A DNA stretch of 64,000 nucleotides from Thermoanaerobaculia bacterium (GCA_963664405.1 OY761158.1:2976001-3040000); one strand, 5' to 3'. Shown: positions 27,906 through 38,590, numbered from the stretch's first letter. Numbers and translations are program-made. The notes: generated by a model from the sequence alone, not told the origin.

Positions 27906-29252
27906 TTAGCCTGTCCTCGACCCCAAGTGCCGGTCCAGAACCGCGGCCAACTCGCCCGCCATCTCCGCGATAGTTTCGGCGTCGGGTCCCTCGATCATCA
28001 CTCGGGCGAGAGGCTCCGTTCCGCTGTAGCGCAGCAGAACTCGACCTCGATCGCCGAGACGCTGCTGGATCGAGTGGGCCAGTTCTTCGAGGCCAGGCAC
28101 CGATGAGAAATCATCTTTGGCACGCACCGCGACGTTGCGCAGAATCTGGGGATAGGTCTCGAGGCCGCTCACCAGCTGGGACAGCGGCTGGCCGGACCCG
28201 ACGGCGAGCGCGGCGATCTGGAGCGCGCTGAGCAGACCGTCGCCAGTGGTGCTCAGACCCAGGTGGACCAAGTGTCCCGACTGCTCGCCGCCAAGGAGGA
28301 TACTGCGAGACCGCATCTCGGAGACTACCTCGCGGTCTCCGACACCGCAGCGCACCAAGTCGATTCCGAGCCGGGCGAGGCTGCTCTCGAGCCCCAGATT
28401 GCTCATCGTTGTAACCACCACAGCGGCCGGCTCCAGCTGGCCACGCTGTTGAAGCGCGCGCGCCCAGATATAGAGGATCGCATCACCGTCCAGAACACGA
28501 CCGGTCTCGTCGACCAGAATTACTCGGTCGGCGTCACCATCGAATGCGATGCCCATCACGCAACGGTTTTCGAGAGTGTGGCGGACGATCTCCTCACTGT
28601 GGTTTGAGCCGCACTGTACGTTGATGTTGGCGCCATCGGGGTGGTCATTGAAGGCGTGGACTGTCGCCCCCGCGTGCCTGAAAAGCGCTGCGGCCAAGGG
28701 CGAGGCGGCTCCATTCGCTGCATCGACAGCGATGTCCAGTCCTCGCAGGGGCTCGCCACCAGGAAGGGTAGAGAGGAGGGCCTGAGCATAGCGCTCGGCG
28801 AGACCGCGGTCCGCCGACTCGGGCGTCCCGTCGTCGGGACAGTTTGGAGCCCCGAGTAGGCGAGCCTCGAGCTCAGCTTCACCCTCTCGACTCCATTTGA
28901 AACCCTGTCCGTCGAAGATCTTGACTCCGTTGTCGGTGTGTAGGTTGTGGCTCGCAGAGACTGCGATACCGGCGTCCGCGCCCAGCTCGCGGGTAAGAAA
29001 CGCCACCGCTGGAGTAGGCAGAGTGCCGGCGTTGATCACTCGCGCCTCGGCTACGTCGAGGCCCGCGGCGATCCAGGAAGTGACTGTCGGCGTACTGGCG
29101 CGAGTATCCCCGGCGATGATCACGCAGGGGCTTCTTGCCTCGCGGCCGAGGAACGAGCCCAGTGCCCAGCCCAAGCGGGTGATCGTCAAAGCGTCGATAG
29201 GAGCGCGGCCGAAGACGCCGCGCACGCCGTCGGTCCCGAAGATCGAGCTCAA
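27906..29252 (-). CDS. glmM: Phosphoglucosamine mutase
   Basis: FGTDGVRG, SASHN, FDGDADR, GGEQSGH, RYSGTEPLARVMIEG. Confidence 0.95.
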   Translation of the reverse strand: MSSIFGTDGVRGVFGRAPIDALTITRLGWALGSFLGREARSPCVIIAGDTRASTPTVTSWIAAGLDVAEARVINAGTLPTPAVAFLTRELGADAGIAVSASHNLHTDNGVKIFDGQGFKWSREGEAELEARLLGAPNCPDDGTPESADRGLAERYAQALLSTLPGGEPLRGLDIAVDAANGAASPLAAALFRHAGATVHAFNDHPDGANINVQCGSNHSEEIVRHTLENRCVMGIAFDGDADRVILVDETGRVLDGDAILYIWARALQQRGQLEPAAVVVTTMSNLGLESSLARLGIDLVRCGVGDREVVSEMRSRSILLGGEQSGHLVHLGLSTTGDGLLSALQIAALAVGSGQPLSQLVSGLETYPQILRNVAVRAKDDFSSVPGLEELAHSIQQRLGDRGRVLLRYSGTEPLARVMIEGPDAETIAEMAGELAAVLDRHLGSRTG

Positions 29253-29265
29253 ATCGCCCCCCTCT

Positions 29266-29973
29266 TCAAGGACTTTCGGCAGGCTGCTCGGCGGCGCCGT
29301 TGACGCCGTTTCCTGCCGCGCTCGACAGCGTTGGCGGGTCGAGTCTCACCGAGACCCGGGCCGTGCTCGACCCGAGCACCTGGATGAGGGGGCTGGTTGT
29401 ATCGATCGTGACCGACTGATCGAAGCTGCGCGCTCGGCCATCGATGTCGACTCGTGCATCCACCGTGTCTTGCCGTTCCAACAGGCTCCGAGGGCCATGG
29501 ACGTCGACGAACTCGGGCACTACTCGGTGCTCACCTTCTACAGCGCCAGCAGCGGGCTCACCCTGGAGGACGGGTCTCACTCTGAGACGTTTCGTTACCT
29601 CGACGTCCAGCTCCAGAGAGAGGCGATCCGGAACGATCGAGATCACGTTGATCCCCTGTGGGCGGGAAATATTGCCGCCTTCGAGCACGATCTCGTGAAT
29701 GCCGGGGCTAGCCGGAAGCTCGACGAGCGCACTGACCTGGAAGGGGCTGAGGTCGAGCACTGCCTCCTCGATTCCGCTGACACGGATCGAAAGCTCACTG
29801 GTGGGGTTGAGGAGTAGGAGGCCTTGCGGCGTGTTGTAAGTGACCGGGACGTTTGTCAGAGCGCGTTCGCTGAGAGTCTGCTCTCGTCCACTGTAAGAGT
29901 AGAGAAGCCAGAGCACGATCGCGATCGCAAGGGCAAGAAGCCGTAAGGGCCACAAGCTAGCTGACTCGTTCAA
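29266..29973 (-). CDS. cdaR: YbbR/CdaR family diadenylate cyclase regulator
   Basis: N-terminal TM (RLLALAIAIVLW), YbbR-like repeats, located between cdaA and glmM. Confidence 0.85.
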   Translation of the reverse strand: MNESASLWPLRLLALAIAIVLWLLYSYSGREQTLSERALTNVPVTYNTPQGLLLLNPTSELSIRVSGIEEAVLDLSPFQVSALVELPASPGIHEIVLEGGNISRPQGINVISIVPDRLSLELDVEVTKRLRVRPVLQGEPAAGAVEGEHRVVPEFVDVHGPRSLLERQDTVDARVDIDGRARSFDQSVTIDTTSPLIQVLGSSTARVSVRLDPPTLSSAAGNGVNGAAEQPAESP

Positions 29974-30752
29974 CGTCGCTCCTTACCCTTCTCCTGATCG
30001 CGATCACGAATCAGGTGCTTGTAGAGGTAGTTTCGTAGATCGCGAGAGGCGAGATCGCGTTGAATGTCCCCGCGGTAGGCAACCGATACTTGGGCTCGCT
30101 CTTCCGAGATAACGACAATGACGGCGTCGGTCTCTTCACTGAGCCCGATGGCTGCACGATGGCGGGTACCGAGCTCGAAGGGGAGGTCGGCCTGGTGGGT
30201 AAGAGGAAGGAAACAGGATGCGGCCGCGATCTTATCCCCGCGGATGATCACGGCGCCGTCGTGGAGAGGTGCGCCAGGGGTGAAGATGTTGACCAGCAGA
30301 TCGCAGGTGACGGCGGCGTCGAGCCCCACTCCTCCTTCGATGTACTCCCTCAGTCCTTCGTCTCTCTCGACCACGATAAGGGCTCCGATGCTCTTGCTGG
30401 CCAGTGCCGTCGAGGCCAGGACGACCTCGTTCAGGGTCGACTCGACATTGTGGCGCGGTCCGAGGCCCCACAGCGAAGTGCTGCCGAAGTTGGCGAGAAC
30501 ACGGCGAATCTGGTCCTGAAACAGCACCACCGCGGCGAAGGGGAGGTAGAAGATGAGGTTCTCCAGAAGCGTGCTCAGAGTGAGCAGCCCGAAGGTCTGA
30601 GCGAGAAAAGAGATGCCCAGGAGAACGATGATCCCCCCCAGCACGGGTAGCGCACGGGTGCGCCGGATCAAGCGCAGCAGGCCGTAGACGACCAGCCAAA
30701 CGGCGAGAATGTCGAGCAGGTCGGAAGGGAGAAGGCTATCGGCGAAAGTCAA
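29970..30752 (-). CDS. cdaA: Diadenylate cyclase
   Basis: Three N-terminal TMs, FQDQIRR, PLHDGA, GTRHRAA, VISEE. TTG start overlaps the folP stop. Confidence 0.95.
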   Translation of the reverse strand: MTFADSLLPSDLLDILAVWLVVYGLLRLIRRTRALPVLGGIIVLLGISFLAQTFGLLTLSTLLENLIFYLPFAAVVLFQDQIRRVLANFGSTSLWGLGPRHNVESTLNEVVLASTALASKSIGALIVVERDEGLREYIEGGVGLDAAVTCDLLVNIFTPGAPLHDGAVIIRGDKIAAASCFLPLTHQADLPFELGTRHRAAIGLSEETDAVIVVISEERAQVSVAYRGDIQRDLASRDLRNYLYKHLIRDRDQEKGKERR

Positions 30753-31729
30753 AGCGCCGCCTTTGCTTCTTCCAGAGAAGCCCACACTTCCAGGAAGCGC
30801 CGGGTTTCGACCACGTCGTGGACGCGAAGAAGGTGGGCTCCACGGCAGGCTGCCCAGGCGGCTGTCGCCAGGCTCCCGGGCAAGCGATCCATGGTCGACG
30901 CGCCGGTGATCTCACCCAAGAAGCTCTTCCTGCTCGCCCCTATCAGCAGCGGTCGTTTGATCCGAGTCAGCACATCGAGATGGGCCAGAAGAGCGAGATT
31001 CTGCTTTCGCGTCTTACCGAAACCGATTCCGGGGTCGACGATGATCTGCTCTCGTCGCACGCCGCCGGAGATCGCTTCGTCGACCGCTCTTTCGAGCTCG
31101 CGACGCACTTCGTCGACCACATGGGTGAAAGAGATACCTCTCTGCATTCGCGACAGCTCGCCACGGCTGTGCATCAGCACGACCGGAACATCTCGCGCGG
31201 CGAGGAGCGGCGTCATCGGCGGGTCGGCGAGGCTGGAGATATCGTTGACCAGGTCGGCTCCCTCGTCCAGTGCTTCCTCCGCCACTCTCGCTTTGCGGGT
31301 ATCGACGCTGATCGGTGCGTCCGTCTCGCTGCGAAGCCGGCGCAGTACGGGGAGAAGGCGGCTGCGCTCCATCTGCCAGCTCACCTCGCTCGCTCCTTCT
31401 CCGTAGACACCACCGCCGGGTCTGGTCGATTCAGCTCCGAGGTCGAGGACGTCGGCGCCCTCTTCGAGCATCTCCAAACCGCGGTCGAGAGCGACCTCGG
31501 GATCTAGATGACGACCCCCGTCGCTGAACGAATCGGGCGTGATGTTGAGGATGCCCATCACCAGCGGACGATTCCCAACGACCAGAGATCGGTCCCTGGG
31601 CAGACACAGCGTGAAGCTCGACGCGCGTAGGGAGAGAGGGTGGTGCGCCCTACCGCTAGCGGCCTGGGTCGGCGGCGGTTTGCGAGAGTCTGCCGGCCGG
31701 CGGCAGTCGGCGGCAGCACTCTCGGTCAT
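30749..31729 (-). CDS. folP: Dihydropteroate synthase
   Basis: MGILNITPDSFSDGG, GAESTRPG, DPGIGFGK, SRKSF, RVHDV. Confidence 0.96.
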   Translation of the reverse strand: MTESAAADCRRPADSRKPPPTQAASGRAHHPLSLRASSFTLCLPRDRSLVVGNRPLVMGILNITPDSFSDGGRHLDPEVALDRGLEMLEEGADVLDLGAESTRPGGGVYGEGASEVSWQMERSRLLPVLRRLRSETDAPISVDTRKARVAEEALDEGADLVNDISSLADPPMTPLLAARDVPVVLMHSRGELSRMQRGISFTHVVDEVRRELERAVDEAISGGVRREQIIVDPGIGFGKTRKQNLALLAHLDVLTRIKRPLLIGASRKSFLGEITGASTMDRLPGSLATAAWAACRGAHLLRVHDVVETRRFLEVWASLEEAKAAL

Positions 31730-31743
31730 CGGCCTGGACGGAT

Positions 31744-33789
31744 CTACTGCTCGGTCTCGGTGGAGGGGACAGGGCTCTCGCCGAGTCCTGCGCGTTGCGC
31801 GGGCGCGATCTCAGGAGACCCGGAGTAGGACTCGTCTTCTTCTCGGTCGTCCGTTCTCTCACCGGATCCCGGCGCCTCCCCGGAGCCTGCTGGGCTCTCG
31901 GAGACCATGGCGGCAACCTCCGAACCGTCTTCTTCCTGGTCGACTTCGCGAGAGCGGAGGCGAGCGCTGACCGGCTTGAGGTCCCTTCCGGTCATCTCCC
32001 GGATGAGCTCGTAGACCTCGTTGCCGTCCATGACCTCGCTCTCGAGCAGCTCGTGGGCGAGGCGGTCGAGCACTGCCTGATTCTTGGTAAGAATGCTCCT
32101 TGCCAAGGCGTGACCCACTTCGACGATGTTCTGGACCTCTTCGTCGATGCGGGTCGCCGTTTCGTCGCTGTACTCGGAGCGCGCTGCGAAATCACGGCCG
32201 AGAAAGACCGGCTCATCGGCGCCTCCGTAGGAGAGAGGTCCAAGCTTCGACATGCCCCACTCACAGACCATCTGCCTGGCAAGGTCGGTGGCGCGGTCGA
32301 TGTCGTTGCCGGCTCCGGTCGTGATGTCGTCCTGTGACAACTCCTCGGCGACGCGCCCTCCCATCAGGATGGCGATCTGTGTTTCGACATACTTCTTCTT
32401 GTACGTGTGAAGGTCGTCGACCGGAAGCTGCATGGTGAGGCCGAGGGCACGCCCTCTGGGGATGATCGTGACCTTGTGCAGAGGATCGGCTTCCTCCGCG
32501 AACGCCGCCACCAGGGCGTGGCCGGCCTCGTGATAGGCAGTCACTTTCTTCTCCTCTTCGGAGAGCACCATACTCTTGCGCTCGACGCCCATGAGCACTT
32601 TGTCCTTGGCGTACTCGAAGTCGTCCATCTCGACTGACTTCTTGCCGCGGCGAGCAGCGATGAGCGCAGCTTCGTTGACCAGGTTGGCGAGATCGGCACC
32701 CGCGAAGCCCGGTGTTCCCCTGGCCAGGGTCTCGAGATCCACGTCGTCCGAGAGCGGGATGTTGCGGGTGTGCACCTTAAAGATCCCCAGTCTGCCGAGC
32801 ACATCCGGACGGTCCACTACAACTCGGCGGTCGAAACGACCCGGACGCAATAGCGCAGGGTCGAGGACGTCGGGCCTGTTGGTGGCGGCGATGAGAATTA
32901 CTCCCTCGTTGGTTTCGAAGCCGTCCATTTCGACCAGCAGCTGGTTGAGTGTCTGTTCTCGCTCGTCGTGACCGCCGCCGAGGCCGGCACCGCGGTGGCG
33001 GCCGACTGCGTCGATCTCGTCGATGAAGATGATGCAAGGAGCGTTCTTTTTTCCCTGCTCGAAGAGGTCACGCACACGACTGGCGCCAACACCTACGAAC
33101 ATCTCCACGAAGTCTGAGCCCGAGATCGAAAAGAAGGGGACGCTGGCCTCCCCCGAAATCGCGCGAGCGAGCAGCGTCTTGCCGGTTCCCGGAGGCCCCA
33201 TCAGCAGGACGCCCTTGGGGATCTTGCCTCCCAGCTTCTGGTACTTCTGGGGATCCTTGAGGAAGTCGACGATCTCCAGCAGCTCTTCCTTGGCCTCTTC
33301 GACTCCCGCGACATCCTGGAAGGTGACCTTTTTTCCGCTGGAGCTCAGAAGCTTGGCCTTGCTCTTGCCAAAGGAGAGGGCGCGATTGCCGCCGTTCTGC
33401 ATTTGACGCATGAAGAAGATCCACAGCCCGACGAGAACGAGGATCGGCGCCCAGCCGATGAGCATGGTGACCAGGGTGCTCTCTCGCGGCTCCTCGAAAG
33501 TTATGAGAACGTCTGTTTCCTCCAACTTTTCGATCAAGCCATCGGTCACCCTCACCTGGGTGAGGAACTCTGCGCCGTCGGGAAAGCGGCTGGAGGGCTT
33601 GAGGTTGCCTGAAAGCTGCGGCCCCCTGACCGTGACTCGGTCGACGTTCTCGTTGCCAAGCTCCTCGAGGAACTCGCTGTAAGTGAGCTCCTGAATGTTG
33701 GCCTTGCCGCCGTTGAAGGTGTTCCACATCAGGATCACCACCACGAAGATGATGGCCCAGAGTACGAGGGTCTTGATTGTGGAGTTCAA
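31744..33789 (-). CDS. ftsH: ATP-dependent zinc metalloprotease FtsH
   Basis: Two TMs, [37 protein letters not shown]. Confidence 0.98.
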   Translation of the reverse strand: MNSTIKTLVLWAIIFVVVILMWNTFNGGKANIQELTYSEFLEELGNENVDRVTVRGPQLSGNLKPSSRFPDGAEFLTQVRVTDGLIEKLEETDVLITFEEPRESTLVTMLIGWAPILVLVGLWIFFMRQMQNGGNRALSFGKSKAKLLSSSGKKVTFQDVAGVEEAKEELLEIVDFLKDPQKYQKLGGKIPKGVLLMGPPGTGKTLLARAISGEASVPFFSISGSDFVEMFVGVGASRVRDLFEQGKKNAPCIIFIDEIDAVGRHRGAGLGGGHDEREQTLNQLLVEMDGFETNEGVILIAATNRPDVLDPALLRPGRFDRRVVVDRPDVLGRLGIFKVHTRNIPLSDDVDLETLARGTPGFAGADLANLVNEAALIAARRGKKSVEMDDFEYAKDKVLMGVERKSMVLSEEEKKVTAYHEAGHALVAAFAEEADPLHKVTIIPRGRALGLTMQLPVDDLHTYKKKYVETQIAILMGGRVAEELSQDDITTGAGNDIDRATDLARQMVCEWGMSKLGPLSYGGADEPVFLGRDFAARSEYSDETATRIDEEVQNIVEVGHALARSILTKNQAVLDRLAHELLESEVMDGNEVYELIREMTGRDLKPVSARLRSREVDQEEDGSEVAAMVSESPAGSGEAPGSGERTDDREEDESYSGSPEIAPAQRAGLGESPVPSTETEQ

Positions 33790-33795
33790 GGTCTC

Positions 33796-35166
33796 TTACC
33801 TCAGCGCTTCAGGGTCCACGATTTCGGCTACCCAGACCTCACGCTCGGAGGCGATTCGGTAGCGTTCGTTGATCGTGACGCCAGGAACCCAAGCGATCTC
33901 ATCGCCGCAACAAAGGAGTGGCAAGCGGCTGCGATGGGGTCTGGGTACCTGACGGTTGATGAGCAAGTCTTTGAGTCGGCAGCTCCTGTTCCAGCCGAAT
34001 GGGCGTAGTCGATCTCCGGGGCGCCGGTTGCGGATAGTAACTCGTTCCCCCGTCCCGAGTGGCAGGGCCAAGGCGGCTCTTCGGGGCGAGGTGCTGAACA
34101 TCCAGGGGTGAACCGATGAAAGGCGCATTCGGAAGAAGAGCGAGAGCTCTTCCACCTCCAGCTCCCCGGGTAGCTTGAGAGTATACGTGAAAAGAGGCGT
34201 TTCGGGGGTCGTCCGGCACAGGATGACTTGCTTCTGTCGACCCTCCCATCGCCACGACTCTCCGCAATCGCAGCCGATGCCGCGGTCATTTGCCAGTTGT
34301 CGAGCCAACTCCGAGACCGCTGCTTTACTCGGTGGATAGGGGATCTCGGCGCGTCTGTGCAGATAGGAGAGTGCGTGCCCAAGGAGGCCAGGCGGCAGTT
34401 GGAGCAGACTCTTTTTCTCCACCGACAGACCTTCGTTCCGTTGTTTCGGCTCGAGCACCATCTCGAAGGTGCGGTCGGTGGCGTGGCGGGCGCCGGTGGC
34501 TCGGATCGCGACTCTGCCGAGGCTGCGCTGAAGGGCGTCGGCATGTCCTGAAGGACCGAGCACCCGGTGCCGGATCCGGTTGCGGGGCCGGCGCAGATCC
34601 GCATTGGTGGGGTCCTCGGTCCACTTCAGACCGTTGGTGCGAAGAGCCTGTCGCAGCGCCGCTCTCGATTCGTCCAATAAGGGTCGAATGACGGCCCCTC
34701 TACGTCGCTGGATGCCGCCGAGTCCGAAGGGGCCTGAGCCGAAGCGCATCCGTAAGAGAACGGTCTCGGCCTGGTCGTCGCGATGGTGGGCGGTCGCGAT
34801 CCACTGGAACCCGAGCCTTTCTCGTAACTCTTCGAGGAAACGATAGCGGCCCTCTCTCGCTTCGGCCTCGAGGCCCAGCCCGCCGGCGGTGAGCATCGGA
34901 GTCGTCCGTCTCGAGTGATGGAAGGGAACAGCCAACTCCTCGGCCTGCGCCGCCGCTTGGGCCGCCCGCGTCGCCGACCCCTCGTCGAGGGCATGGTCGA
35001 GGTGTGCTGCAACCAGCCTCGACTCCATCTTGGACTGCAGCCGCTTCAGACCCCAGAGCAGGGCCGTGGAATCGGCGCCACCGGAGTAGGCGACGATGAT
35101 GCCGTCGCCCGGCTGCGTCTCTACCTCGTTGGTGAGGAAGTTCTCGAGGGAATCGAGGAATCTCAT
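33796..35166 (-). CDS. tilS: tRNA(Ile)-lysidine synthetase
   Basis: AYSGGADS, EAEAREGRY, TAHHRDDQAET, IRPLL, DPTN, RNRIR, TilS C-terminal domain. Confidence 0.95.
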   Translation of the reverse strand: MRFLDSLENFLTNEVETQPGDGIIVAYSGGADSTALLWGLKRLQSKMESRLVAAHLDHALDEGSATRAAQAAAQAEELAVPFHHSRRTTPMLTAGGLGLEAEAREGRYRFLEELRERLGFQWIATAHHRDDQAETVLLRMRFGSGPFGLGGIQRRRGAVIRPLLDESRAALRQALRTNGLKWTEDPTNADLRRPRNRIRHRVLGPSGHADALQRSLGRVAIRATGARHATDRTFEMVLEPKQRNEGLSVEKKSLLQLPPGLLGHALSYLHRRAEIPYPPSKAAVSELARQLANDRGIGCDCGESWRWEGRQKQVILCRTTPETPLFTYTLKLPGELEVEELSLFFRMRLSSVHPWMFSTSPRRAALALPLGTGERVTIRNRRPGDRLRPFGWNRSCRLKDLLINRQVPRPHRSRLPLLCCGDEIAWVPGVTINERYRIASEREVWVAEIVDPEALR

Positions 35167-35242
35167 GGTGGCGGTGAAGGGATTCGAACCCCTGACACAG
35201 CGGATATGAGCCGCTAGCTCTAACCGACTGAGCTACACCGCC
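35166..35242 (-). tRNA. tRNA with CAT anticodon, most like elongator tRNA-Met
   Basis: GGCGGTGTAGCTCAGTCGGTTAGAGCTAGCGGCTCATATCCGCTGTGTCAGGGGTTCGAATCCCTTCACCGCCACCA. Full cloverleaf with encoded CCA; G1-C72 is paired, so it is not an initiator. Confidence 0.95.
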
Positions 35243-35298
35243 TAATGTGGTGAAGGCAAAACGCGCATCCCGCCTTTCGACGGCCGACTGAGCCGCTC

Positions 35299-35328
35299 AG
35301 TATATCCAGCCTGAGGAACGGATGGCTA
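35299..35328 (-). promoter_or_regulatory. Possible sigma70 promoter for tRNA-tilS-ftsH
   Basis: Minus-strand TAGCCA-18 nt-TATACT. Confidence 0.4.
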
Positions 35329-36864
35329 TCCTTTACCTACCATCGCGGCCTCTTCCAGCTCCTCTTTGACGCCCGCCAGGCTTTCACGTCCCTGGCTATC
35401 GCCAAGGCTGACGGCGACGGCCACCAGCCCCGACAGAACGAAGCTCGGGCCCAGCTCGGCGAGACCGACGAACAGGGTACCGACACCGGGGAGCAGAGGT
35501 GCGGCGAACTTGAAGAGGGGCACGCCGAGAAAACCGGTGATCATTCCGGCGAGGGCTCCGCGCACGGTCAGGCCCGACCAGAAGAGCGAGAGGATCATGA
35601 TCGGACAGAAAGTCGCCGCGATACCGGACCATCCGAAGATGACGAACCAGAAGATGGTTCGATCCGGTGTGGTGACCGCGACAGTCAGGGCGAGGGCCAG
35701 TGCGAGACTGGCGAAAAGCAGAGTGGCCCGGCGGCTGGTGGCCACTAGAGTGGTATCGGCGAGATCCGGCCGGCGGACTCGCTGATAATAGTCGCGGACC
35801 GCGGCGCTGGCGGCGAGGATCAGCAAGGAGTCGACGGTCGACATGATCGCCGACAGCACAACGGCAATGTAGAGCCCGACCAGAAAGGCGGGCAAGATCG
35901 ACTCCGCCAGTAGAGGGAGCACATCTTGGCCGCTGGGCCCGAGGACCTCTGCGAGCGAATCGCTGGGACCCGTCATCAGGGCGCGACCGATCAACCCGAT
36001 GCAGACCGCTCCGGAGTCGGCCAGGATCGTCCACACTACCGCGACCACCGAGCCCTTTGGAATGTCGTCGGCAGAACGCAAGGCGATGAAGCGAACGAAC
36101 ACCTGCGGCGAGCCGAGAAAGCCGAGTCCGATGAGGGCGAGGCCGAGCGTATTTGCGACCGCGACGGGGGTCCAGGAGGCGGCCCCGGACCACGATAGGA
36201 GGTGAGGGTCGATCTCGCTCAGACGAGAGGCAACCTCGCCCGGGCCCATCGACCCGAGCGCGATCAGGGGCAGGAAGACGAGACCGGCGACCATCAGCGC
36301 GCCTTGAAAGACGTCCGACCAGGCCACCGCAACGAAGCCTCCGGCGGTTATGTAGACCAGAACAACTCCAAAGCCGACCAGGGCTCCGGCATAGTAGTTC
36401 CAGCCGAGAAAGCTCTCGAAGGCGGTGCCGGTGGCATCGATCTGGGCGCTGACGTAGATCGTGACGAAGACGACGAGGCATCCCGCCGACACCAGTCTCA
36501 ATCGATGTGAGGAATCGCGGAATCGACTCTCCAGGTAGTCCGGCACCGTAATCGAGTCGTATCGATCAGTGAGGAGCTTGAAGCGGCGGCACATCAAGAG
36601 CCACGCGCCTCCTACTCCGAGCACCTCGCCGAGCACGACCCAAAAGGCCTGGATGCCGACCGCCGCTCCCATCCCGGTGAGACCGAGGAGCAGCCAGGCC
36701 GACTCGCCGGTTGCCCGCGCTGAGAAAGATGCGGCCCAGTAGCTGAGCCGCTTGCCGGCGGCAAAATAGTCTCGGACGTCCCTCATCCGCCTCGAGGCCA
36801 CGACCCCGATGGCGATGAGAACGGAGAAGTAGAGAAGTACTGCTGAGAGGCGAGTCAGGTCCAT
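35326..36864 (-). CDS. Sodium:solute symporter (PutP-like)
   Basis: SARATGESAWLLLGL, GGFVAVAWSDVFQG, GFLGSPQVFVRF, SAIMSTVDS. Confidence 0.92.
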   Translation of the reverse strand: MDLTRLSAVLLYFSVLIAIGVVASRRMRDVRDYFAAGKRLSYWAASFSARATGESAWLLLGLTGMGAAVGIQAFWVVLGEVLGVGGAWLLMCRRFKLLTDRYDSITVPDYLESRFRDSSHRLRLVSAGCLVVFVTIYVSAQIDATGTAFESFLGWNYYAGALVGFGVVLVYITAGGFVAVAWSDVFQGALMVAGLVFLPLIALGSMGPGEVASRLSEIDPHLLSWSGAASWTPVAVANTLGLALIGLGFLGSPQVFVRFIALRSADDIPKGSVVAVVWTILADSGAVCIGLIGRALMTGPSDSLAEVLGPSGQDVLPLLAESILPAFLVGLYIAVVLSAIMSTVDSLLILAASAAVRDYYQRVRRPDLADTTLVATSRRATLLFASLALALALTVAVTTPDRTIFWFVIFGWSGIAATFCPIMILSLFWSGLTVRGALAGMITGFLGVPLFKFAAPLLPGVGTLFVGLAELGPSFVLSGLVAVAVSLGDSQGRESLAGVKEELEEAAMVGKG

Positions 36865-36874
36865 GAGCCAGAGC

Positions 36875-37630
36875 TCAGTGGCGCTCGAGAAGGGCCACGA
36901 GCGAGTCGAGCTCTCGACGAGCGGTCTCGAGCCACTGCGACATGCCCTCGGTATCCATGGAGTGACCGGCTTCGACGGCCATTGTGAAGTTTGTTCCGGC
37001 GCTCAGACGTAGTGCCTCCATCTCGTGACGGAGGGCGCTCTGCTTCATGCGCTTGACTCTCTTCTTCGTGCTCTTCAGCAGTTTCTCGGTCTCGCGAAGA
37101 TCCGACAGCGCGGTCTGCCCCCAGCTCGTGTACTCGGCAGAGGGCCAGGCTCCCGCTTCGCCGTGGCAGCTGACGCACGCCACCTTGAGGCCGCCGCTTC
37201 CGAGGCGCTGCAGAGCGAGCGAGCCGTGACAGCTGGTGCACGTCGGAGGAGTATCTACGCCGCTCTTCAGCAACTCCCAATGAGGGCTCGAAGTGTAAGC
37301 GCTCAGGATCGCCCCATGACACGAGCCGCAAGTTCGCGCGACATTGGTGGGGTGCAGCGGGCTATCGGGGTGGTTTGGGGCGATCATGCCTCTGTGGGCG
37401 AGAAACTTTCGAAAGGTAGTGGCGTTACCGCCGTGGCAGCTTTCACATCCCACCTCTCTTCGACCGTGAATGGAGCTCTGCCAGTCGACGACGTGGGAAT
37501 GCGAAGGCAGATCCGGGTTGGCGATGTGGCAGTCCGCGCAATGGCTGTCCTCCTCCGCCGGCGCGCGTCCGGGAATGAGAATCAGCAGCGCAACGATCAG
37601 TTGCGCCGCCCGAATAGCTGCCCTTTTCAT
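36875..37630 (-). CDS. Periplasmic pentaheme cytochrome c
   Basis: Signal peptide; CADCH, CESCH, CGSCH, CTSCH, CVSCH; helical C-terminus. Confidence 0.88.
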   Translation of the reverse strand: MKRAAIRAAQLIVALLILIPGRAPAEEDSHCADCHIANPDLPSHSHVVDWQSSIHGRREVGCESCHGGNATTFRKFLAHRGMIAPNHPDSPLHPTNVARTCGSCHGAILSAYTSSPHWELLKSGVDTPPTCTSCHGSLALQRLGSGGLKVACVSCHGEAGAWPSAEYTSWGQTALSDLRETEKLLKSTKKRVKRMKQSALRHEMEALRLSAGTNFTMAVEAGHSMDTEGMSQWLETARRELDSLVALLERH

Positions 37631-37713
37631 CGTGACCTCACTCAACTATATCGTCTCGGGAGTTCCCACGATCCTCTCGTTGTACACTTCTGGCCTTTAA
37701 AGAGGAGGAGCGC

Positions 37714-38517
37714 ATGACCGAGCTTGGCGAATACAAGGATCTGGCCGTCGAGATTAGTGACTATGTCGCCAGTGTCGAGATCCAGAGACCACCTCACAAC
37801 TTCTTCGATGTCGAGCTGGTACGGAGTCTCGGCGATCTGTTTCACGCTCTCGATCGTGAGCCTGCCTGTCGCGTAATCGTTCTGAGCTCCCAGGGCAAGA
37901 ATTTCTGTGCTGGCGCCAATCTCGAGACCAAGGGCCTCGAGTCGACGACCTCCGGCGGCGCGATTCGTGGACTCGAAGGCTCGGGAGACCTCTATCAAGT
38001 GGGTGCGAGACTCTTCGAGGCCGAGACTCCGGTAGTGGCCACGATCCAGGGTGCGGCCGTTGGCGGCGGGCTGGGCTTCGCGCTGGTGGCCGACTTCCGG
38101 GTCGCCTGCCCGGAGGCCCGCTTCACGGCTAACTTCGCTCGCCTAGGTTTCCATCATGGCTTCGGGATCACCGTCACACTCCCTCGACTGGTCGGGGCGC
38201 AGAGGGCGTCGGAGCTTCTCTTTACCGGTCGACGGGTCAAGGGAGAAGAGGCGCTCGAGATCGGGCTTTGCGACTATCTGGTTCCCGCCGATCAGCTTCG
38301 GGACAAGGCCCTGGAAGTTGCTGGCGAGATCGCACATTCCGCTCCTCTGGCGGTTCGCTCGATTCGGCGCACCATGCGACGCGGCCTTGTCGATCGTATT
38401 CGCATTGCCACCGATCGTGAGCTCGTGGAACAAGACTGGCTGCGCGAGAGCGAAGACTTTGCCGAAGGGGTCAAAGCGATGGGGGAGAGACGTCTGCCGG
38501 ATTTCAAGGGGCGCTAG
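37714..38517 (+). CDS. Enoyl-CoA hydratase/isomerase family protein
   Basis: FCAGANL, GAAVGGGLGFALVADFRVA, APLAVRSI, EDFAEG. Confidence 0.92.
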   Translation: MTELGEYKDLAVEISDYVASVEIQRPPHNFFDVELVRSLGDLFHALDREPACRVIVLSSQGKNFCAGANLETKGLESTTSGGAIRGLEGSGDLYQVGARLFEAETPVVATIQGAAVGGGLGFALVADFRVACPEARFTANFARLGFHHGFGITVTLPRLVGAQRASELLFTGRRVKGEEALEIGLCDYLVPADQLRDKALEVAGEIAHSAPLAVRSIRRTMRRGLVDRIRIATDRELVEQDWLRESEDFAEGVKAMGERRLPDFKGR

Positions 38518-38590
38518 CCTAGCCAGGTCGGCTGCCGGGGTCTGGGGTTACCAGAACCGTGGGGGCCCTAGTAGAGTGAGCTGATCTGGG

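Noticed and set aside
27143-35166. tilS-ftsH-folP-cdaA-cdaR-glmM-pdxJ as a novel c-di-AMP system
   Set aside because: This is a widely conserved housekeeping gene order.
35166-35242. tRNA as a prophage or island integration site
   Set aside because: No integrase, and no duplicated tRNA 3' end was seen in the window.
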